Assembly: GCA_024704765.1 (NCBI GenBank)
Contig: JAKMXF010000210.1
Location: forward strand, 496,001 to 560,000
Length of the DNA: 64,000 nucleotides
Reading direction: 5' to 3'
Origin: Oopsacas minuta
Lineage: Eukaryota > Animalia > Porifera
Below are positions 8,601 through 15,953 of the stretch, one piece after another. The notes under the pieces were generated by a model. It was not told where the DNA came from and made no database searches. It saw only the letters and a list, made by a program, of their open reading frames with translations. A program made the translations under genes and the position numbers. Numbering within the stretch: position 1 is the stretch's first letter; every line of letters begins with the position of its first letter.

Positions 8601-10882
8601 TTATGGATATCTCCCATTGCACTTGTTTCAGCAACTGCGAATACCATATCTACGCACGAAGCCCGTCTGAAACCACTTATAATCTGTGTCATATTGCACT
8701 CAGTTGGACGACATTGATTTGTAGTATCAAAATCGAGTACTTCTATTTGATCACAGTTGTTAGTGCCATCAGTACATGAGCAGTTTTGACAGCCTACTAC
8801 CTCACAATTTTCGGGGGGAGGCTCATCCCTTATGGGCACATTAGGAATGATTTCATATATTAGGAAAGCTTTGGTGAAAGTTGTCCTGAAAGCTCTCGAT
8901 ACAGGCAGACTCCAAAGAATACCACCAGTAGCTCTGACCATCTCATAATAAGTATCTCTTGTGTTTTGTGTCTGATCACTAGCATCAGGAATTGTAAGTT
9001 GGATACCATCAGGGATGGACATCGTATCGAGAGTGTCATCATCTATCAAGTATAAAATTACATCATTTGGTAAGATGGCAAGAATCCGATCTTTGTCAAT
9101 ACCATAGGATGGATTAACCGTTATATTCAGATGCACAATAGCACTGAGGACGATACTAAATGTGTTCAGTGTTTGTGCCATATTTTGATTCAGTAGAGTT
9201 GGAATTCTAGTACTTGTTGGGTCAGGGGTGGGAGTTAAGTTATCGCGATCTTCGTCAGTTATGAGAACCACCTTACGACATGCAGGGTATATGTACTTAT
9301 ACTGTTGTAGTGCTCTGTAAATAGCTGCATATCCATCTTCCAATCTCCCTGCAGCCAAGAACTGAGATGCATTAACTAGATTTGTCAATTCTTCACTCGT
9401 CCCCCAGTAGTTTAAAAATTGTCCTTTATATGTTATTCCTCCTAAATCCAATATTCTACCAATATGATCTACACCTAGACTCCTATCAGCACCGAATCTG
9501 AGAACTCCATAATAATTGGTGCAAGTATCAGCAGAAACAAAACCGGATGCAGTTAATGCTATGTCGATTTCTTCAGATACCTGAGATAGCCAGATATGTT
9601 CAGGTCCCATTGATGCAGATTCATCGATGACATAGATTAAGTTGGTACACATTGCCGGCACGGCCTCTGTTTCTAGAAAAGTTGGTTCTTCGTTTGGATC
9701 GCACTCATCGAAACAAGGTCTATCGCGGATACATTGAAATGTGTTTCCATCACAGTAAACAAATCGGTCTATTGATGTATCATAGACGATTTGACCCAAT
9801 TCATAATCGCTGCAGTCAGAATTAAATGTAGAATTTAATTCTTTAATTATAATTCTCATCCCAACCGGTCCCTTGCTTCCAGTTTCCCCTTTAACTCCCT
9901 GATTTCCAACTGATCCTACATCCCCTTTATCTCCAGGCACACCCTTACTGCCTTTAGTACCCTTCCTCCCTTGATCCCCATTATCACCTCGACTTCCAAT
10001 TTCCCCATCATCACCTACTTCTCCAGGTGGTCCTGTCCCTGTTGGCCCTTGATCTCCTGGGTCTCCTTTCATTCCTATTGGTCCACCGTCACCTCTTTCG
10101 CCTTCTTCTCCAGGCTCTCCTTTGACGCCAGGTGACCCATCTGCTCCCGGGTCTCCAGCATCTCCCTGCCCACCTTGATCCCCTCGAGCTCCCATGTCTC
10201 CATCATTTCCCTTCTGTCCCCGAGGCCCATCATCTCCAGGAGCACCAACATCTCCATTCACTCCGGGCGGTCCTCGTTCACCATTGGGACCAGGTGCTCC
10301 TTTTTCCCCCTTTACCCCTGTCTCTGGTTTTGGGCATTCCTCAGGGTAACAAATACCAGGTAGTCCTGGCCTTCCCATGGCTCCTTCTTGACCTCTCGAT
10401 CCAGGATAGCCCTTCCCTCCCCTCACACCTCGGCAGCCATCAGGACAGTTTGGAGCTATTTGTAATTCAGTACATGCTGTTGTTTCAATTACTCCCTTGG
10501 TCTCGGCGACTGAGAAGGTGAGAATGCAACAATATTTGGCAGCTTCATTTTCTGTTACGTTGTAGATGCTTAGAGACATCTCAGTGTAACGACGAATGTT
10601 AGGGTATCCGACAACATTAAAACCATCATACTCGAGTCTATTATCGTTCAAATTCCAGTCTATAATAGGATTCTCATCTGGTACAGTACTGACTGGACAC
10701 CTGAGCTCAACTGAAGCTCCAGCACTTACTATAGCATTATCTCCTATGGTCACACGCGGAGTCGATATCCCGATGAGTTTGTATGTTTCTCCATTTCCAG
10801 CTAAGATTTCCCCTGTGTTTGCATTCTGTAGAAAAGCCACCAATACACATATCACCAGAATCCATGAAATTTTCGTTCCCAT
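5606..10882 (-). CDS. Secreted Ig - collagen - VWA - VWA - Ig - Ig - VWA protein, paralogue A (1758 aa, intronless)
   Basis: Signal peptide (ISWILVICVLVAFL), Ig domain (VELRC..W..AKYCC), Gly-X-Y region at 9854-10447, and three VWA-like domains (IYVIDESASM; VFAVAETSAM; LLIIDVSASM), each followed by a CxxCxCxxG-type motif. Two further Ig-like domains; no TM segment. Confidence 0.85.
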   Translation of the reverse strand: MGTKISWILVICVLVAFLQNANTGEILAGNGETYKLIGISTPRVTIGDNAIVSAGASVELRCPVSTVPDENPIIDWNLNDNRLEYDGFNVVGYPNIRRYTEMSLSIYNVTENEAAKYCCILTFSVAETKGVIETTACTELQIAPNCPDGCRGVRGGKGYPGSRGQEGAMGRPGLPGICYPEECPKPETGVKGEKGAPGPNGERGPPGVNGDVGAPGDDGPRGQKGNDGDMGARGDQGGQGDAGDPGADGSPGVKGEPGEEGERGDGGPIGMKGDPGDQGPTGTGPPGEVGDDGEIGSRGDNGDQGRKGTKGSKGVPGDKGDVGSVGNQGVKGETGSKGPVGMRIIIKELNSTFNSDCSDYELGQIVYDTSIDRFVYCDGNTFQCIRDRPCFDECDPNEEPTFLETEAVPAMCTNLIYVIDESASMGPEHIWLSQVSEEIDIALTASGFVSADTCTNYYGVLRFGADRSLGVDHIGRILDLGGITYKGQFLNYWGTSEELTNLVNASQFLAAGRLEDGYAAIYRALQQYKYIYPACRKVVLITDEDRDNLTPTPDPTSTRIPTLLNQNMAQTLNTFSIVLSAIVHLNITVNPSYGIDKDRILAILPNDVILYLIDDDTLDTMSIPDGIQLTIPDASDQTQNTRDTYYEMVRATGGILWSLPVSRAFRTTFTKAFLIYEIIPNVPIRDEPPPENCEVVGCQNCSCTDGTNNCDQIEVLDFDTTNQCRPTECNMTQIISGFRRASCVDMVFAVAETSAMGDIHNNVKDVAGRLVRNLAEINFGQENSLCLNQYCLMTFGQDNDRVPEGCYGTSFPISPQDLCGTSVEITPLIVGFEFEASGFSSDGYAAIYSALRRYPAEFQDQSCRHITLITNGPRANCGSFRDGNIIVPELDRDFIEAELAREEVILNVIVDAQFEDGEGNAALGIYKDTDGSIKALVVISDPPGYEERAGGKVKENSAGSAIDIFYVMLALSRGGSAWDIEKMGSQTDAFTKAFVNNVVVRSSLACGQREACVECRCVSGTLQPCQESSACIRGEPPILEWTSGNTTITTDNVVVNVGGFGNMEERVYYGLDGDLVTMFTIGSRLRAGTQPVTTSWYYVDVNGNFIPIEQSIVANYASVSETNPYNLVFSQVGDNIAGSYVLIAENAFGNDTQFTTIGILPKWDKTISGTVTGTQAQFGQTLVARTGSELRITGIVREGTRPWSFQWFYGGVELIQGVDYSFEYVGNTATIIIHNFQSNGAGEYTSIVRNRYGEDIHTFNLIVQTVVSCDNNPDSTSTICSNCDSNIATKQATLTLFAHSFSLDQEIQWHREINNNLELIRTDQIVSGPNQLVVPIRDLCIYKYQAVVTGLNRYEFECPCNDCVERGVERDGAGDIRTVEITVECCGASQTLLTESDCGEDFFADILLIIDVSASMDTEHEFLRSFLPRFESSLRESCVGNSTINQNQYTAVAFGSIGDKENPYFVGPNLDRGGPTDNVYFTIDMNDDSNVTKTIKRLPKIGEREDGFAATNFAKKYAQIRPNSLRFAILVTDERRDFFYDSFEEIEAASSLFNNFVDFGRSLYVDLFTQNNIIPIQIIDVTLTATDDGGSSIDCLGVSSAETCFYRVGGSQEIFRLENTEVINTVDNSVREEIHNDYLQTALNATGYVWDLKVIRRNETGNWDAITDALTSEVLVRAREELTQCRNCECFPGGRECTIVSVDQQARCKCEKNFPNNTEYCDCILGQVETIDYCRCRYIDNLEHKICNAVGTIELTYS
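7175..7622. repeat. 448-bp near-identical duplicate, copy in paralogue A (partner 24231-24678)
   Basis: Hand alignment at offset 17,056 shows 2 mismatches in 448 bp (7454 G/A; 7573 T/C). Confidence 0.95.
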
Positions 10883-10968
10883 ATTTTAGTTGCAGAGTTC
10901 TAAAAGCATAAACTTTACATAACGAAATCGCCTCAAATAATTATGAATAAACATTCGCTCCTTAATTA

Positions 10969-11120
10969 CAGTGGAACCCCGGAAATACGGTCACCCTCGG
11001 GACCGAGAAAAATGGCCGTAATTGTGAAACTTTTTGAAAGAAACCATATTCTATAGTATATTAACCGGGACTTTAAAAGTGGCCGCTATTCTGGGGTGGC
11101 CGTTAAGCGGGGTTCCAATC
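10969..11120. mobile_element. Degenerate Tc1/mariner-superfamily (pogo/Tigger-like) MITE, 152 bp
   Basis: Left end TA|CAGTGGAACCCCGGAAATACGGTCACC. Right end reverse-complemented GATTGGAACCCCGCTTAACGGCCACC, followed by TA. These form imperfect ~26-bp TIRs with TA flanks. The element is a GC-rich island in AT-rich DNA and has no transposase ORF. Confidence 0.7.
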
Positions 11121-11186
11121 TATATAATTTATATGAATAATTTTTATCCATTTTTGTTACTTTATGTTATTCTTAGATCGATAATA

Positions 11187-11516
11187 ATGGCATACTTTTG
11201 CCCTTATTGTGGAAACTTGCTTAATGTTGAAGTACGAGGTACTGATTCAAATAGGTTGGCCTGTATGACGTGTCCACATGTTTATGAAATTTTTCAACAG
11301 ATCGTTATTAAGCGTTACCCGAGATTGAAAGAGGTAGACGACGTGCTCGGCGGTTCTTCAGCCTGGGAAAATGTCGATTCAACGGAAGAAACTTGTCCAA
11401 AATGCAAACACAAGCGAGCTTACTACCTGCAAATACAAACCAGGTCTGCTGATGAGCCTATGACTGTATTTTACAAATGTTGTAACGTTCCATGTGGCCA
11501 TAGATGGAAGGATTAA
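11187..11516 (+). CDS. POLR3K: RNA polymerase III subunit RPC10/C11 (109 aa)
   Basis: [13 protein letters not shown]-terminal zinc ribbon and TFIIS-like C-terminal ribbon ([24 protein letters not shown]). The true start is ATG 11187; the TTG start in the ORF track lies inside the MITE. Confidence 0.96.
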   Translation: MAYFCPYCGNLLNVEVRGTDSNRLACMTCPHVYEIFQQIVIKRYPRLKEVDDVLGGSSAWENVDSTEETCPKCKHKRAYYLQIQTRSADEPMTVFYKCCNVPCGHRWKD

Positions 11517-11878
11517 GGATAGCACATAGTTGTGCTGAAAAGGATTTTGTTTGCCGTTAGTTTGTAAACATTGATTAAACTATTTGACAATCTTGTTTCC
11601 AAATGTAAAATTACCCTTCCCATTCATTACCATAATTTAATTGGTATCAGGCTTTTGTTTCCACATTTTATGTGTACCAAATTATTTCGTTACTAAATAT
11701 CTCATTAGCGAAGGGTTATTTTCAGGGCTGAGAGTCTGTGTAATATTACTGTACATTCATGTACCAGATGCCCCATACCCTGCCCTGGGTATGTACTATG
11801 TATTTTCATTTCTAATATTTCTACAAACATTTAGATCTGCTCAGAACTTTCCTTAATAGATTATTTTTATATACAAAT

Positions 11879-14341
11879 ATGAATTGGAAGTTATCACATA
11901 CTAATGTGAAGATTGGATGCTTTATCATATCATGTCTCTGTTATATAAATTCTCTGTGGGGAGATTTTTGTTTTGATGATATTTCAGCCATTGTAGAAAA
12001 CAAAGATCTACGTCCAGGAACTCCCTTACTAAACCTATTGCAAAATGATTTCTGGGGTACACCCATGCATATAGAGGGCAGTCACAAGTCTTATAGGCCT
12101 TTAACTATATTTACGTTCAGAATTAATTACTATTTTGACGGGTTGCAACCCATAAGCTATCATATTGTTAATGTCCTATTGCATGGGATAGTGACTTATT
12201 TGTTCACTTCATTCGTTTCAGAAATTTCAGATAATTGTTGTATTGCTCTAATTTCAGGATTGCTTTTTGCAATTCATCCTATTCACACTGAAGCCATTGC
12301 TGGTCTAGTTGGAAGAGCTGAATCTCTCTCGGGAATATTCTTTCTATTAGTTTTATTTATTTACTCAAGAGCAAGTAATCACACTGGTTTGATTTATTGT
12401 ATAGAGATGGTATTATTGTATCTAGCTACGCTCTGTTCAATTTTAAGTAAAGAAGTAGGTATCACTGTGATTGCAATTTGCTGTGTCTACGATGCTCTAT
12501 ACACTGAAAAAATAGTCGTATTAAATTTCTTGTTGCCAACTTCTCCTATAGTCTGGTTTAAGAAATATAGTAGTATTTTGAAACGAATCACTCACCTACT
12601 CATTTTCACGCTTACTATATTATTCCTACGCATTAAGATAAACGGTCCAGGTCTACCGAGTTTTACACCATTAGATAATCCAGCTAATTATTCTCCATTT
12701 CCCACGCGTCAATTATCTTTTCTATATCTTTGTTTTATTAATACAGGGCTACTCTTCTGCCCTTCCTTTTTATGTGCGGACTGGACCATGCAAACAGTAC
12801 CTTTGATAGAATCCCCGTTAGATCCCAGAAATATCCTTACTTTACTCACATTTTCAGGTTACTTTATGCTTGGAATATGGGCCATTTCAGATAATACCTA
12901 CGACAAGAGGTTAGTATTAATGGCTCTGTCTATTATTATATTCCCTTATATACCGGCCTCAAATCTATTCTTCCCGGTAGGATTTGTAATAGCAGAAAGG
13001 ATACTATATCTACCCAGCATGGGGATGTGTTTATTGGTCGCATTGGGAGTAAATAAGTTAATGAAAATTAGAAAAGTTAAATATCTATGTTATCTATTCC
13101 TTTGTATAACCTGCTTATTCTACTGTACGAAAACAATGGTTAGAAACTTGGATTGGTCGAATGATTATTCACTTTTCAAATCGGGAATTAAAATAAATAA
13201 ACATAATGCTAAACTCTACAACAACTTAGGACATGTGTTTGAAAACCGTGAGCAATATCAAGAGGCAGAAGAGCTGTTCCTTAAAGCATCAGGTATCCAA
13301 CCGGACGATACTGGTTCTTGGATTAATCTAGGACGAGTTTTGAAAGCACAAAAACGTTATAACGAATCTGAGCTAGCATTAAAAACTGCCCTGCAGCAAA
13401 TGCCTAATATTACTGAGAAAGGTCAGTCGTTTAGAATTGCTCCTAATTTCTTGAATGTGTATTTTAACTACGCTAATCTGTTATCACAAAATCCTACACG
13501 TTATAAAGAGGCCGAGAATTATTATAAGACAACTCTACGAGTACGTCCTGATATGCCAGAAGCACACATGAACTATGGAAACTTGCTAATTAAAATTGGA
13601 GATTTTGATTCGGCATTGTCGCATTTTCAGATGGCTATTGACAAGAAACCAGATTACGCAGATGCCTATTATAACATGGCTACTACTTACCTTAAGAAGA
13701 AGGATAGTGCTACCGGCGAAAAGAATTTAAGGATAACATTATCTCTAGATCCTAACCACATACATGGGCTAGTTAATCTCGCCAACCTCTTACTCGAATA
13801 TGATACCTTAAAATCTCGTGATGAAGCAATGCTCTTATTCAAAAGAGTATTAGAGATTGATCCCAGCAATGAGCTAGCGTTGTTTAGCCTTGGTCTACTC
13901 TTCTCAGATGATGGCTTACACCAACAGGCAGAGGAAATGTTCTTACAGACAGTCAATGTAAATCCATTACATAAAAGCGCTCTATTCAACCTCGGATTTT
14001 ATGCTCTGACTTTCAAGAATTTTGTAAAGTGTATTGAGTACTTAGGTATACTTGTTGCAAACTATCCAGCCCATTTCCGTGGTATTTTCAATCTAGCGGA
14101 TTGTTATATGCATATTTCTGATAGAGAAAACGCGAAATTATACTATAAATTAACGCTTGAATTAGATCCCAACTTTACACCTGCTCTACACAATTTAGGT
14201 GTAGCATTGGCTCAAGAAAATGATTTTTTGGAAGCTATCGCTCTATTTGAACAAGTTTTGATACTTGAACCAAGTCACCAGAATGCTAAAATATATTTAG
14301 ACCTCTCGAAAAACGAGTTATATGGTAAATCTAAGCATTAG
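11879..14341 (+). CDS. TMTC3: Protein O-mannosyltransferase TMTC3-like (GT-C membrane domain + TPR repeats)
   Basis: FCFDDISAIVENKDL..NDFWGTPM..SHKSYRPL, CADWTMQTVPL and NAKLYNNLGH..QPDD..RIAPNFLNVY match the TMTC3 subfamily. Multiple TPRs; intronless. Confidence 0.9.
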   Translation: MNWKLSHTNVKIGCFIISCLCYINSLWGDFCFDDISAIVENKDLRPGTPLLNLLQNDFWGTPMHIEGSHKSYRPLTIFTFRINYYFDGLQPISYHIVNVLLHGIVTYLFTSFVSEISDNCCIALISGLLFAIHPIHTEAIAGLVGRAESLSGIFFLLVLFIYSRASNHTGLIYCIEMVLLYLATLCSILSKEVGITVIAICCVYDALYTEKIVVLNFLLPTSPIVWFKKYSSILKRITHLLIFTLTILFLRIKINGPGLPSFTPLDNPANYSPFPTRQLSFLYLCFINTGLLFCPSFLCADWTMQTVPLIESPLDPRNILTLLTFSGYFMLGIWAISDNTYDKRLVLMALSIIIFPYIPASNLFFPVGFVIAERILYLPSMGMCLLVALGVNKLMKIRKVKYLCYLFLCITCLFYCTKTMVRNLDWSNDYSLFKSGIKINKHNAKLYNNLGHVFENREQYQEAEELFLKASGIQPDDTGSWINLGRVLKAQKRYNESELALKTALQQMPNITEKGQSFRIAPNFLNVYFNYANLLSQNPTRYKEAENYYKTTLRVRPDMPEAHMNYGNLLIKIGDFDSALSHFQMAIDKKPDYADAYYNMATTYLKKKDSATGEKNLRITLSLDPNHIHGLVNLANLLLEYDTLKSRDEAMLLFKRVLEIDPSNELALFSLGLLFSDDGLHQQAEEMFLQTVNVNPLHKSALFNLGFYALTFKNFVKCIEYLGILVANYPAHFRGIFNLADCYMHISDRENAKLYYKLTLELDPNFTPALHNLGVALAQENDFLEAIALFEQVLILEPSHQNAKIYLDLSKNELYGKSKH

Positions 14342-14937
14342 TTTTTAAACTTTTAATATAATATTTTGATATTAAATCACTTATTTGTTGAATTTTAACA
14401 ATTTTATTCTTAAAATACATAAAATTGGTATAAATTAGATAATTATTGAGATTACTAACCTGATATGGATGCTCTGATGATAAAATATCCTTTCTTCAAT
14501 CAAATTCAGTGAAAATTGAACTGTAAAATAAGAATAAATTATGCAAACAGACAATTTATAACTAGGCCGATGCTCATATTACTTTGTTTGCAATTTAACT
14601 CCACTAACAATTCTATATTCACTGTTAAACTCCTACTCTACAATAGAGTTGATTTCTAATTAACTTTCATTATCTATTCAGGAATTATCCAGAGTAGGCT
14701 ATACATTGACTATTTTTAATAAATCAATCCATGTAAACATGGCCTTGTAGTGAATATTGTGAGAGATCTACTAATTTTACTCGAATAAAAATGTGTTTGA
14801 TCACTGTGTTTATGTGAGTGGTTTTCGAATGAATAATTAATTTGTGTATTGGCTATCTTCCAGCATATTTGTATTAAATTCATGAATTTCTTTGATAATT
14901 TACATTATTTCACTGAAGATCTGTTATCAACTCTAAA

Positions 14938-15726
14938 ATGAATTTGAGTTTATTTATCAAGAATGTTTGCAATAAAATCACACTATCATTGGTAACCCCT
15001 ACAGTAAAACTTCCCATTGGATATATGTGTTTATCCCATGATGATACCATAAGAGGGATGCAAGACAATCCTTTCTTTGAGAAATATAAAAAGCAACTTC
15101 ATAAAGTTAAAAACAATTCGAATAACCAAATTCCTCGAAAGATACCTAATCAGCCACGAATTAATCTGAATAAAAATGATACCAAATCTCAGTCGAAACA
15201 ACCTTTGGATTCTATACTAGATATTAGCAAACTCTTGGATAATACCAGTGAAGAGATAGCTGATATTTGGAATAGTTACCATTCAAATTTAGATTGTATA
15301 CATGGTACACTTCCAGCAGACAGTTACACCCTTACATCTACTCAAGGTACTCTTTGTCCTTACTTTATCTACCCCTTACCCTCTGATACAGGGTATAAGT
15401 TCATGTTCCAACAGTTTTCTAATAACCAATTTCATTTCACTGCCCTAGAAGATTACAATTCATTAAAAGAACATGCTCCTGTCTATCTAAGTATGTCCTA
15501 CTACTCAGAGCTTGCTAAGGAGAAAGATATTGTTCTTATGGCTGGAAAGTTTGACCTAGAGAAGATGAAAACGGAAGAAGCACAGTTATTAGCTCATTTT
15601 GTGCAGTTATACTATGGACAAAACAACAAAGAGAGAATTGAACTTATAAGGAGTTTCAATTTTACTCCTAACTTGTTTGATTATAAACAACTTATACAGC
15701 AATTCAAACAACTCACTTTTATGTAA
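14938..15726 (+). CDS. ATPAF1: ATP synthase mitochondrial F1 assembly factor 1 (ATP11 family)
   Basis: NPFFEKY, LDSILDI..IADIWNSYH, PYFIYPLP, FTALEDY, ELAKEKDIVLM and EAQLL..VQLYY motifs. Confidence 0.9.
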   Translation: MNLSLFIKNVCNKITLSLVTPTVKLPIGYMCLSHDDTIRGMQDNPFFEKYKKQLHKVKNNSNNQIPRKIPNQPRINLNKNDTKSQSKQPLDSILDISKLLDNTSEEIADIWNSYHSNLDCIHGTLPADSYTLTSTQGTLCPYFIYPLPSDTGYKFMFQQFSNNQFHFTALEDYNSLKEHAPVYLSMSYYSELAKEKDIVLMAGKFDLEKMKTEEAQLLAHFVQLYYGQNNKERIELIRSFNFTPNLFDYKQLIQQFKQLTFM

Positions 15727-15953
15727 ACAAATAAATTCTTGCAATCTTTAAGTTTAACTGGGGGGAGAGGGGGGGTAATTCCAGCATAGATCACTAATAA
15801 CACGTAATATTATTTTAGCATCCTCATCTCTTACTTATTCTACTCACTTTGCTTAAGTTTTATATATTTTTGTCAAAGGTGTAGTTTATATTTATACTTA
15901 TATTCACACAGAGTATTATTTTCGGACTACAAATTATAATAAGAAAGTTAGAA

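Noticed and set aside
11034-11186. 51-aa N-terminal extension of POLR3K from a TTG start
   Set aside because: It runs through the MITE and AT-rich UTR; the family starts at M-x-x-F-C-P (ATG 11187).
14485-14493. Perfect U12 5' splice-site 9-mers ATATCCTTT at 14485 and 45024
   Set aside because: I found no sensible exon or branch-site partner, and one or two such AT-rich 9-mers are expected by chance in 128 kb of both strands.
15760-15775. G-rich run GGGGGGAGAGGGGGGG
   Set aside because: It has only two G-tracts, too few for an intramolecular G-quadruplex call.
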